A stretch of DNA of 64,000 nt from Malacoraja senta (GCA_038087875.1 CM075988.1:6200001-6264000), one strand, 5' to 3'. Counted from the stretch's first letter, positions 11,477 through 22,488 are shown. Notes: generated by a model from the letters alone, not told the origin. Made by a program: numbers and translations.

Positions 11477-11629
11477 GATGAGTCGTGTAAGGATAGTTTG
11501 CGAACACCACCGAATATAGCACCAATGAATGCGTGGATGCTGAGAATGACGGAAGTGTTTTGGCACTGTTGTTGTATAGTGTATGTTTTTTATATATTTT
11601 ATATTCTGAATAAAGTTTATTTTTGGAAA
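11477..11629 (+). mobile_element. Short polyA-type (Tx1/L1-like) LINE 3' end
   Basis: Ends in AATAAAGTTTATTTTTGGAAAAAAA; candidate TSD AAAATAAG (11469-11476 and 11630-11637). Confidence 0.5.
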
Positions 11630-11796
11630 AAAATAAGCAGAGGCTGAGGGGAGACCTGATCGTAAGATCATAAGTGATAGGAGCAGAATTAAGCCTTTAG
11701 GCCCATCAAGCCTACTCAGCCATTCAATCATGACTGATCTATCTCTCCATCCTAACCCCATTCTCCTACCTTCTCCCCACAACCCCTGACACCTGT

Positions 11797-12450
11797 AAAA
11801 GTGTATAAAATTCTGAGTGGCGTAACTAGGGCAGACAGTCAGAAATGTTCTCCCAGGGTGGAAATGTCAAAGAATCGAGTGCAGAATTTTAAGGTGAAAG
11901 TGGCAAAATGTAAAGAAGGTGTGCGGGGCAGGTATTTTACACAAAGGGGGGCGGGGGGTGAGCATCTGAAACGCGTTGTCAGGGGTGGCGCTGGAGGCAG
12001 ATACGACAGTGGCATTTAAGAGGCTTCAGTTCAGTTTAGTTTATTACCCGAAGTACAGTGAAAAGCTTTTGTTACATGCTAACCAGTCAGCGGAAAGACA
12101 ATAAATGATTACATTCGACCCATTCACAGTGTATGGATACATGATAAGGGATTATCGTTTAGTGTGAGGTAAAACCAGTAAAGTCTGATCAAAGATAGTC
12201 CGAGGGTCACCAATGAGGTAGATAGTAGTTCAGGGCTGCTCTTTGGTTGTGGTAGGATGGTTCAGTTGCCTGATAACAGCTGGGAAGAAACTGTTTCTGA
12301 ATCTGGAGGCTTTTAGATAGGATGTGCAGGGAATGGAGGAATGTGGATCACGTGCAGCCACAGGAGATTCGTTGATCTTGGCATCATGTTCAGCACGGAC
12401 ATGGTGGGCCGAAGGGCCTGTTTCTGTGTCATATCTTCCAATGATCTATA
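11797..12450 (+). mobile_element. Older CR1 3' fragment split by a minus-strand Rex-Babar 3' end (approx. 12026-12308)
   Basis: VYKILSG..RADSQ..PRVEMS..R motif. The insert carries a Rex-like SFFPAVIRQLN motif and an (AACTG)n-type tail on the minus strand. Confidence 0.75.
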
Positions 12451-13133
12451 ATCAAAGCAAAGTAATCAACCTGTCCCCATCCCAGCTTCCTATTTTACAC
12501 TGAGTGATCCATGTCCAAAAATGGGATGCATCCTACTCTTGGAATTTTGCCCACTCTCTCCTTTTATCCTTCTTTCATTTCAAGTAGGATATAATTTAAT
12601 GGAGATTATGAGTAGTCGGGGAGACGTTCGTGTCAAAATTCATGCAGGAGACGCCCACATTAAAATCAATTTGAGAAAGTTGGAGCTGATTCAAACCCTG
12701 AGGTTTTGTTGGAACAATCCTGTGTTTGTCCTTTGATGAGGTGCAGTGCCAAGCAAGAGCGATGACAAAGTACAGTCCCAAGGCAAAAATAAGTGCCCTG
12801 GCTTCCAGAACACTGCCTGATTAAACTCAGATGTTTTTCTTTTAATGACCTATGGTTAACAGAAAGTAAAGATTTGCTAATCGTGAAGGAGGCAGGCAGC
12901 AGGATCTGCTGAGTCTAATGGCAAATACTGGCACACAGCACAGGGTTGACTGCCATCAATTACTGCTTCTTTAATAAAAATACTTCATGGAAAATAACAT
13001 CAGAGCCTTGCAACTGTGAGTCAGAACTGTCATCTTGGTAATGTGCTGAATAAAACAGGGCATCACCCCCGAGCCTGGCTGCAGCCGAGTGCATCTGTGG
13101 AACAGCAACGATCAGATGGAACTATGACAAAGG

Positions 13134-13570
13134 GAGACACAGTGCTGTAGTAGTGGAACTGCTGCCTCACAGCGCCAGAGACCCAGGTTCCATCCTGACC
13201 TCGGGTGCTGTCTGTGCGGAGTTTGCACGTTCTCCCTATGACTGCGTGGGTTTACTCCGGGTGCACCAGTTTCCTCCCTCGTCTCAAAGACGTGCAGAGT
13301 TCAGAGTGCAGGTCATAGTGCAGGTGTCATAGGTTATGGGGAGAAGGCAGGAGAATGGGGTTAGGAGGGAGAGATAGATCAGCCATGATTGAATGACGGA
13401 GTAGACTTGATGGGCCGAATGGCCTAGTTGGCCCTTTGTAAATGGCCCCTGGTGTGTAGGGAATGGCTGAGAAAATGGGATATGATAGAACTAGTGTGAA
13501 TGGGTGATTGATGGGCAGCATGGACTTAGTGGACCAAAGGGCCTACTTCCATGCTGTATCTCCAAACTAA
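13134..13570 (+). mobile_element. V-SINE (HE1-like) split by a CR1 3' fragment
   Basis: Head and V-domain at 13134-13298, CR1 piece at 13326-13425, tail at 13426-13570. Confidence 0.8.
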
Positions 13571-14071
13571 AAACCAACCAAAGTGCTGGAGTAACTCAGC
13601 GGTTCAGGCAGCATCTCTGGAGAAACATAGAAACATAGAAAATAGGTGCAAGAGTAGACCATTCGGCCCTTCCAGCAATTCAATATGATCCTGGCTGACC
13701 ATCCACGATCACTACCCCATTCCTGCTTTCCCCCCATATCACTTGATGCAGAGCATGAGATGACCCGTTGAGTTACTCCAGAGATGCTGCCTGGCCCGTT
13801 GTTTACTCCAGCTCTTTCTAAACGTTTGTGTAAACCACCTCCTTATCCTTATTTCTACAGTATAATTATGTTTCTTGTTCAATATTTACGGGAGAATGAG
13901 GTGCATGGGCTAATTGGTTCAATAACAATTACGTTAATATTTAATTATAGCCTCTTGTGGGATACACAGTGTTTATAGGTTGCTTAATACAGGATAACAT
14001 GCAGACCTGGTTAGTTATGCACAGGACAACATGCAAACTTGGGTTTGTTACATCCAGTTTAATATCTATGC

Positions 14072-14428
14072 CTAGGCCTGGATAGAGTGGGTGTGGAGAG
14101 GATGTTTCCACTAGTGGGAGAGTCCAGGACCAGAGTCCATAGCCTCAGAGTAAAAGGACGTACTTTAGAAAGGAGATGGGGAGGAATTTATTTATTCGGT
14201 GGGTGGTGAATCTGTGGAATTCATTGCCACAGACGGGAGCCAAGTGAATGGATATTTTTAAGATTGACAGATTCTTGATTAGTGCGGGTGTCAGGGGTTA
14301 TGGGGAGAAGGCAGAGGAATGGGGTTGAGAGGGGAAGATAGATCAGCCATGATTGAATGGCGGAGTAGACTTGATGGGCCGAATGGCTTAATTCTGCTCC
14401 TAAAACGTATGAATATGTGAACATGAGT
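14072..14428 (+). mobile_element. CR1 3' fragment
   Basis: GLDRVGVERMFPLVGESRTR.HSLRVKG motif and the CR1 3' stem GGGCCGAATGGC. Confidence 0.85.
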
Positions 14429-14914
14429 TTGTTTTACACAGGATAATGCATATGTCAGGATTTGTAATGTACCTGATTGTTTACCATCTCCAGCGTATTA
14501 CATGTGGGGTGTCTCACGTTAGATCTTGTTGCACACAGGATAATGTATAAATCCTACACTGACACATTACTCTTTAATTTCTTGCGTTGTAATGATGTTT
14601 TCACCAGTGTGTCTGATCACTGTGTCCATGCACAGCTAGTACCTCTAACCTCAAAGTACAGGTGGAACTCAGCGGGTCAGGCAGCATCTGTGGAGGGACT
14701 GGGCAAGTGACATTTCAGGTTGGGACCCTTCTTCAAACTTACAGTATGCTGCCTGACCTGCTGAGTTCCTCCAACACATTATGTTTGGCTCAAGATTCCA
14801 GCAAGTGCAGTCTCCACGTATCTCTAACCTTCCTGCTTTGTAACTGACTGAATTTAATAACAAACTGACAACATTCAATATCAGCTGAGTTCTGAAGTAA
14901 AGACCCAGTCACTT

Positions 14915-15330
14915 TACTCCCTCAATCACTCATTACCTCACTCCCGCCCTCATTACCTCATTCCCTCACTCCCACACTCCATCACCCAGTCACCCTCCCT
15001 CAGGGAGTCGCACTTCCCCACCGAGTCACACTCCCACCCTCACACCCCCTCACCGTCCCTCCCTCGCCCACCCTCACCCCCTCACCCCCTCACCCACCCT
15101 CATCCACCCTCACACCCCCTCACCCACCCTCACCCTCCCTCGCCCACCCACACCCACCCTCACACCCCCTCACCCCCTCACCCTCTCACCCATCCTCACC
15201 CACCCTCACCCTCCCTACCCTCCCTCACCCACCCTCACCCACCCTCACCCTCCCTCACCCACCCTCACCCACCCTCACCCTCCCTCACTCACCCTCACCC
15301 TCCCTCATCCTTCTCTCTCAGTCACTCTCC
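14915..15330. repeat. C-rich (CCCTCAC/CCCA)n low-complexity tract
   Basis: Repeated CACCCTCACC units. Confidence 0.9.
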
Positions 15331-16493
15331 ATCCCCCAGTCCCCCTCTGTTCCCCCACCACCCTTCGTCTGTCAGCTGAGTGACAGAACACCAACACATT
15401 TTGCTGTCTTCTCAAAGCACAACTTTTCTTCCTGGCCATTCCACTGCCCCCTCATCACTTAGCTCACCATCCTTTGTCTGCCCCTGTCCAGGATATTGGT
15501 CGGCTGTTGTGGAAGCCCGCAGGCCATCGGGGATGGGCTCTCTGAGAGATAGCATGGTGAACATTCACCACATGATGGATATGAAGAGCAGACAAAGGCA
15601 CGAATAATCCTTGGCTCTCCGAGTTGGCAGAAGCAGCCACTGCTCCCTTCAGTAAGTAATTCTTACTAAAAATATTGAATTTCTTTGAAACGTTGCACAA
15701 GATAGTCCCTTGTTAACAAAGCAGACATATAAATTGAATCCAAGTGTTTGAAGTTGCCAGGAAATACATGGTCTGAATCTTTATCTGGCCCAAACTCTGA
15801 CATAGATCCTATTAACGTGGGAGTGATAATGGATGAGGAATAAGCTTTTCTCCATAAGAATATGCCTGAGAAATACCAGAACACTCTGACTCATTGTACA
15901 CTCAAAGAAGTCTGACAAACAGTCTCGATCCATCTGCGGAGGGAATGGTATAGGTAATATTTCAGTTCAGGGCCCTTCCATTTTTGAGACTCGATGCGAA
16001 ATGTCATCTGTCCATTCCCTCCACTGATGCTGTCTGACCTGCTGAGTTATTCCTGCACTCTGTTTTTTTTAGAAGGATTGATGTGAAAATTCTTAGAACT
16101 AACGCAACAGAGATGATGGGGGACCAAAGAGAATGGAATGGTCCTTACAGGAAGCTGACTGTGAGCTCGCTATGGGAATCCGTGGACTTGTAGGAGATAT
16201 AAACGAGCTTCGGTATAAACCAGCATCTATAGTTCCTTCCCACAATACTAACAGTAGATGTTGGTCTCTGGTCTATCCCCAGAAATGGAGATAGGAGTTA
16301 AGGAAGAGAAGGGAATAGGTGATGGAAGATGTGATGACTTGTGGTTTATTCTATGCCTTTCAATAGGAATACAATGGTGTTCCCACAACAAGTACAACAT
16401 GGTTTGTACATCAGTCTGCAGGAATGATCCCAGAGACCACGGACTGTTGGTTATGTGCAGTGACACCCTATTACACCAGATAAGATATGCACT

Positions 16494-16726
16494 GTAGACA
16501 AAAGTGCTGGAGAAACTCAGCGGGTACAGCAGCATTTATGGAGCGAAGAAATAGGCAACGTTTCGGGCCAAAACCCTTCTTCAGACTCAGTCTTCTTCAG
16601 TCTGAAGAAGGGTTTCAGCCCGAAACGTTGCCTATTTCCTTCGCTCCATAGATGCTGCCGCACCCGCTGAGTTTCTCCAGCACTTTTGTCTACCTTCGAT
16701 TTTCCAGCATCTGCAGTTCCTTCTCA
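16494..16726. mobile_element. Penelope-derived fold-back element with back-to-back hammerhead cores and a TSD
   Basis: About 95-bp near-perfect inverted arms; core CTGAAGAAGGGTTTCAGCCCGAAACGTT; TSD AAGATAT(G/T)CACTGTAG (16482-16497 and 16727-16742). Confidence 0.85.
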
Positions 16727-17226
16727 AAGATATTCACTGTAGTGTGATCAAGGGTTTTCAGCATCAATCCAGGTGATGTAGTCACGTGTTTTTCAGGATA
16801 GTCAGTGAACATTGGCCTCGCTGGTGACAATCACATCCCAAAATAATGAAATTTAAATAGTGTCCTGTGATCATTTGGAGAATTGCTGAACAAACGTCTC
16901 ATTAACACCAAACTGCAGCTTATTGCAACCGTTCAGAATAAAGGAAAGGGGTTGAACTTCAACAACACTTCAATAGGTTTCAGGTGTGAGGGGCAAGGTG
17001 TGTGGTGCAGGTTTTGTACACAGAGAATGGTGAGTGCCTGGAATGCACTGCCTACGGGTGGTATTTGAAGTTGATACATTAGAGCCATTCAAAAAGAAAT
17101 GTGGATGGGCATGTGGATATGGGGGAAATGGAGGGATGTGGGTTATGTGCAGGCAGGTAAACAATGCAGAAATAAAGAACTGCAGATGCTGCTTACCACA
17201 CAAAAGGTCAGAAAGTGCTGGGGTAA

Positions 17227-17417
17227 TGTTGTGAGGCAAATGAAACTTTTACGCTACTCTTAATTTATTTAAAATTTATTTAAGCTTGAAGCAACTCATT
17301 TCCGTAATACATAACTTCAAAGCGTCTGGAAAATATCGCTGTTTCCGCAGGCCTCGCCGACCCGAGACACCGCACATGCGCACACTCTGGAAAGGCCCCG
17401 CTGATGCGCACACTTCA
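17227..17417 (-). mobile_element. Mini solo LTR (191 bp, TG...CA)
   Basis: TG..CA termini, 5-bp TSD GGTAA/TGTAA, GC-rich GCGCATGTGC promoter-like half and two AATAAA near the 3' end on the minus strand. Splits a Penelope-derived repeat. Confidence 0.6.
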
Positions 17418-17592
17418 TGTAACTCAGCAGGTCAGGCAGCATCACTGGAGAACATGGACAGGTAACGTTTCAGGTCGAGTTAGGAGTCTGAAGAAGGGTT
17501 TCGACCCTGAATGTCAACTATCCATGTTCTGCAGGGATGCTGCTTGGCCTGCTTGAGCAACTCCAGCACTTTGTGTCTTTTTAGATAAGTGA

Positions 17593-17777
17593 TCTTCTTC
17601 TTCTTTTCGTGTCCATCCTGTTACAAATGTTGGCCTCGCTGTCATCGTCCGTCCTGAAAAGGACGCAGGCTTCCGTGGAAGCCATCACTTGTCGCAATAG
17701 ATGACGGTGGTAGCAGAATTAGCTCAGGATGCTTCCAGTTTCCAGCCCCGCGTCGTGGACGCTTCTGCTATGGGGCC
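17593..17777 (-). mobile_element. Ribozyme-headed non-autonomous retroposon with an RTE-type (GAA)n tail
   Basis: Perfect 10-bp TSD AGATAAGTGA (17583-17592 and 17778-17787). The 3' end is GCCAACATTTGTAACAGGATGGACACGAAAAGAAGAAGAAGA. No Pol III A/B boxes. Confidence 0.85.
17711..17777 (-). ncRNA. HDV-like (CPEB3-like) self-cleaving ribozyme
   Basis: GGCCCC-A-UAGCAGAA-GCG-UCCACGA-CGC-GGGGCU-GG-AAACUGGAAGCAUCCUGAG-CUAA-UUCUGCUA. P1 is 6 bp with a G1.U wobble, P2 8 bp, P3 3 bp, L3 7 nt, P1.1 CC/GG, followed by a P4 hairpin; catalytic C in J4/2 at 17722. Confidence 0.85.
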
Positions 17778-18034
17778 AGATAAGTGAAGAGTGATGATCT
17801 TGGCATCATGTTTGGCACAGACATTGTGGGCTGAAGGGCCTGTTCTTGTGCTGTACTGTTCTATATTCCAGGTTCCAGCACCTTTCACGGTGACATTATA
17901 CCAAGGGCAGCAGACACATGGGTGCACCACCACCTGCAGGTTCCCCCATTGAATTGCCACCATCCTTATTGTAAATACATCACCATTGGACCCCTTGTTG
18001 CATGTGGAAAACACAGCAGCCAAATGATGCTCAG

Positions 18035-18755
18035 GCATAGATAGGATAGATGGTCAGAATTATTTTCCCAGATGGGAAATGTTAAAGCCATAACTTTAAA
18101 GTGAGAGGGGCGAAAGTTTAATGGAGATGTATGGTGCATGTTTTTTTACACAGAGTCACGGGTGCCTGGAATGCACTGACAGGGGTGGTGGTGGTGGAGG
18201 CAGATACGATAGTGGCATTCAATAGGCTTTTAGACAGGCACATGGATCTGCAGGGAATGCAGGGATATGCATCACATGCAGGCAAAGGAGATAAGTTTAT
18301 CAAGGCGAAGATAGACCCAAAGTGTTGGAGTACCCCCACCGGCCAGGAGGTGATGAATCTGTGGAATTCATTGCCACAGAAGGCTGTGGAGGCCGTCAAT
18401 AGATATTTTTAAGGCAGAGATAGATAGATTCTTGATTAGTTCGGGCGTCAGCGGTTATGGGGAGAAGGCAGAAGAATGGGGTTGACAGGGAAAGATAGAT
18501 CAGCCATGATTGAATGGCGGAGTAGACTTGATGGCCGAATAGCCTAATTCTGTTCCTATAACTTATGAACCTATGAACTTAAGAACTCAGCAGGTCAGGC
18601 AGCATCTCTAGAGAGAAAGGGTGGGTGACATTTTGTGTCGGGACCCTTCTTCAGACTCTATCAAGGCATCAAGGCTCCACTCTATCGGCATCATGTTCAG
18701 CACAGACATTGTGGGCTGAAGGGCCTGTTCCTGTGTTCTACTGTTCTATGTTCTA
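18035..18755 (+). mobile_element. Nested CR1 / Penelope-derived repeat / CR1
   Basis: The outer CR1 (FLHRVTGAWNAL..VVVEADTIVAFNRLLDRHMD) is interrupted by a Penelope-derived repeat, itself split by a CR1 3' end at approx. 18333-18582. Confidence 0.75.
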
Positions 18756-18791
18756 GTCATTTCTCTGCCGAATGTTTAGTTTCTAACAATG

Positions 18792-19104
18792 GTTTAGTTT
18801 AGTTTAGTTTAGAGATACAGCACGACAACAGGCCCTTTGGCCCACCGAGTCCACACCGACCTACGATCCCCGCACATTAACACTATCCTACACACACTAG
18901 GGACAATTTACATTTATACCAGCCAATTAACCTACAAACCTGTACGTCTTTGGAGTGTGGGAGGAAACCCAGACAAAACCCACACGGTCACGGGGAGAAC
19001 ATACAAACTCCGTACGGACAGCACCCGTGGTCAGGATCATAACCGGGTCTCTGGCACTGCAAGCGCTGCAAGGCAGCGACTACCACTGCGCCACTGTGCC
19101 GCCC
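18792..19104 (-). mobile_element. V-SINE (HE1-like), full length
   Basis: Minus strand reads GGGCGGCACAGTGGCGCAGTGGTAG at the head and has a (CTAAA)n tail. Confidence 0.9.
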
Positions 19105-20135
19105 TTTGAAGGTGAAGCGAACACATGATGTACCCCAGCCCCTCCCAGTGCCTCTTCCACTGGTTTCTCAGGATGGGCAGTGAACGTTGGCCTTGGCGGC
19201 GACACCTCATCCCAAAAGAATGAATTTTAAAAAGTGTCCTCTGATCATTTGCAGAATTGCTGAACAAACATCTCATTAACACCAAGCTGCAGCTTATTGC
19301 AAGCAAAGGGTCGTGATTTTCAAATTGACCTTGGCTAAAGTTTCATTTTATTTGATCGAATTAGGCTTTGACTGAGTGCTGTAGTGTGACACTGCGCTGC
19401 CTGTGTAAGGCAGACAGCTAAACCACTTCTCTCTGCAGCTGCTCTTCATTAAAACAATTTACATTTTGCACTGGATTGGAAAACAGCTTAAGTCTTCAGC
19501 GTCAGCTTTGGAATTATGTAAATTGCTCTTTGAATCGATTCAAAACTATTTACCGTGGGCAAGTTGCTAATAAAAGACAGCTTGTTGCAATAATTCATTT
19601 TGTGGTGGGTTTGTCTGATGTTATTTGCTATTCACACTGTTGTGACTGTATGGGTAAACATCCTGCTCTACCTTACTCTCGGGATCCTATTGATTGAGGT
19701 CAAGGCTCCATATCACGATACTGCCAATAAAAACCTTTCTGAAAATCGTGCAGAAAACACAATATTATTGCACCATTTTCGTCATTATCACCAACTGCAA
19801 GCTCTGAGGTCAGACTTGGCTGAGTCAGTAGTTCTCCCACCACTTTGCCCAGAAGGCTCAAGTTGCACATTAAACTCAGGCATAGGGTCCAAACTAGTTC
19901 TCCCATGCAGTTCCAGAGGAGGCAAGGAAGTGGTCACAAAAGATCTCAGGAACAATTCGAAGGATTATAAGTCGAGATAATCGAGCAAAAGCAGGAACGG
20001 GGTTCTGATGTTGCAGGATCAGCCATATTGAATGGCTCGAAGGGCCGAATGGCCTACTCCTGCACCTATTTTCTATGTTTCTATGAATTATCCTTGAAAT
20101 TCGGGCCAATATTTATCCCCCACAGATCCTGAGCT

Positions 20136-20523
20136 TTAGACTTTGGAGATACAGCGCCTTTGGAGATACAGCGCCTTTTGGAGAAACAGGTCCTTTGGCC
20201 CATTGAGTCCACACCGACCAGCAGTCAATCTGTACACCAGCACTATCCTACACACTAGGGACAATTTACAATTAACCAGATGCCAATTAACCTACAAACC
20301 TGTACGTCTTTGGAGTGTGAGAGGAAACCAGAGCACCCGGAGAAAACCCACGCAGTCACACGGAGAACATACAAGCTCTGTACAGACAGCGCCCATAATC
20401 AGGATTGATCCCAGTTCACTGGCGCTGTAAAGGATCAAGGGGAAAACTCGGGAGAATTCGTGAGTAACTCGGGAAATTTGGACAGGCCCTTAAGGCAGCA
20501 ACTCTACCGCTATGTTGTTGCCC
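20136..20523 (-). mobile_element. V-SINE containing a 60-bp Harbinger MITE remnant (20431-20490, TAA TSD)
   Basis: HE1 body; insert AGG...GGACAGGCCCT flanked by TAA on both sides. Confidence 0.8.
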
Positions 20524-20595
20524 TTGAGCTGTTGATCATTTCATACAGTGATGTTTGCAAGTTGCTGCCCTGCAGAAACTCTGCACCATGTCAAT

Positions 20596-21035
20596 AGAGT
20601 CAGGAGTCGAGAGAGTTCAATTGTCATTGGTACTGACAATGGAACAATTAAACTTTGAATCCTGACTTGTAGCAGCACAACAGGCTTGTAAAAAACAATA
20701 TTTGTAATTAACATGTAATATACAAAAACAAGTTCAATAAACAGATATCTCCAATACCAGTGCTAAAACATCCCATAGTCATTAGCGCAACCAAAGACCG
20801 TTCATAGTTCTGTAAGTGTTGTGTGATGTTTAAGAGCCTGATAGTTGGTGGGAAGAAGTTATTCTTGAACCTGGTGGTCACAGTTTTCAGACTCCTGTAC
20901 CTTCTTCCCGTTGGTAGGAGTGAAATGTAGGGTGGTGTGTGTCCTTGATGATGCTGCCTGCCTTTTTGAAGCAGTGCCTCCTATAGATCCCTTCAATGGT
21001 GGGAAGATCAGGACCCATGATGGACACAGATCCAT
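20596..21035 (-). mobile_element. Rex-Babar LINE 3' fragment
   Basis: PDLPTIEGIYRRHCFKKAGSIIKDTHHP motif and a degenerate GACTC-type tail. Confidence 0.8.
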
Positions 21036-21084
21036 CACTATTCCTTCGTTCCTGGGGTTCGAGTCGCAACATTACTGGAGTAAT

Positions 21085-21216
21085 GTCTGAAGATGGGTCT
21101 CGACCTGAAACGTCTTCCATTGAATCTGAAGATGTGTCTCGACTCGAAACGTCATCCATTCCTTCTCTCCAGAGATGCTGCCTGTCCCGCTGAGTTACTC
21201 CAGCTTTTTGTGTCTA
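21085..21216 (+). mobile_element. Penelope-derived repeat with a tandem-duplicated hammerhead core
   Basis: Two CTGAAGA...GAAACGTC units at 21087-21114 and 21126-21153. Confidence 0.75.
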
Positions 21217-21554
21217 TTACTGGAGTATGTATGCTTCGATGGTGCTGTACTAAGGCTCAGCCTGTGATCTCCTTCCTGCTTTTCCCCTCTCCCTGCCTTA
21301 CCCAATCACTCCAGACCCTCCCAGATTCCATGTTCATTGTGACTCTCTAAATCCTGGAGTCAGGATCTCCTCTGCCTGCTCATGTTCCGTATCCCTCCAT
21401 TCCCTGCATCAAGCTAAATGCTTCTTGAATGCCACTATCCTATCTGTCTCCATCGCCACCCCTGGCAGAGCGTTCCAGGCACCTGCTACACTCTGTGTAA
21501 AAGTCTTGCATCGCACAATTCCTTTAAACTCATCCTCTCTGACCTTAAATGTAT

Positions 21555-22060
21555 GAGTCAAGAGTCAAGAGAGTTTTATTGTCATGTGTCCCAGATAGGA
21601 CAATAAAATTCTTGCTTGCTGCAGCACAACAGAATATGTAAACATAATACAGAACAGGAGATAAAAGTTCAGTGTGTCTATATAGCATAGACCATATATA
21701 TACACAATAAATAAACAGATAAAGTGCACTAGGCTGTTATTGTTCAGAGTTCGTTTGATGGCGAGTTTAATAGCCTGATGGCTGTGGGGAAGTAACTGTT
21801 CCTGAACCTGGATGTACCAGATTTCAGGCTCCTGTACATTCTACCTGATGGCAACAGAGAGATGAGCGTGTGGCCAGGATGATGTGGGTCCTTGATGAAG
21901 CTGGCAGCCTTTTTGAGGCAGCGACTGCAATAGATCCCTGCGATGGTGGGGAGGTCAGAGCCGAAGACGGACTGGGCAGTGATCACAACTTTCTGCAATC
22001 TTTTCCGCTCCTGGACGTTCAAATTACCGAACCAAGCCACGATGCAACCACTCAGGATGA
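21555..22060 (-). mobile_element. Rex-Babar LINE 3' fragment inserted in a minus-strand CR1 (approx. 21370-22340)
   Basis: ILSGCIVAWFGN...RLQKVVITAQ...LPTIAGIYCSRCLKKAASFIKDPHHPGH..LLPSGR.YRSLK..TSRFRNSYFPTAIRLLN, then TGACAATAAA and a (CTCTTGA)n tail. Confidence 0.9.
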
Positions 22061-22488
22061 CATTGCCACCCTGAGGAAAAGGCTCTGATTGACTACCATA
22101 TCTCCGCACTTTCATAATATTGTTCCAGAGAAAACAATCCAAGTTTGTCCAACCTCTCCATATAGCTAATGCCCTCTAATCCAGGCATCACTCTGGTTAA
22201 CCTCTTCTGCACCCGCTCCAAAGCCCCCACATCCTTCCTGTAATAGGGCAACCAGGCCTGCACACATAAATACTCCAAATGAAGCCTAACCAAAGTTTTA
22301 TAAAGCTACAACTTAACGTCCTGACTCTTGTACTCAATGCCCCGAAGCAAAACAAAAACAGAGAAATGCTGGAAATATTCAGCAACTCTGGCAGCTTACG
22401 CGGAACAAGGAACAGAAAATCTTCTGGTCTGGGACACTTCATCAGGACCTTGCTCTTGTTTCAGTTCAATAACAGCTCACTGGATATC

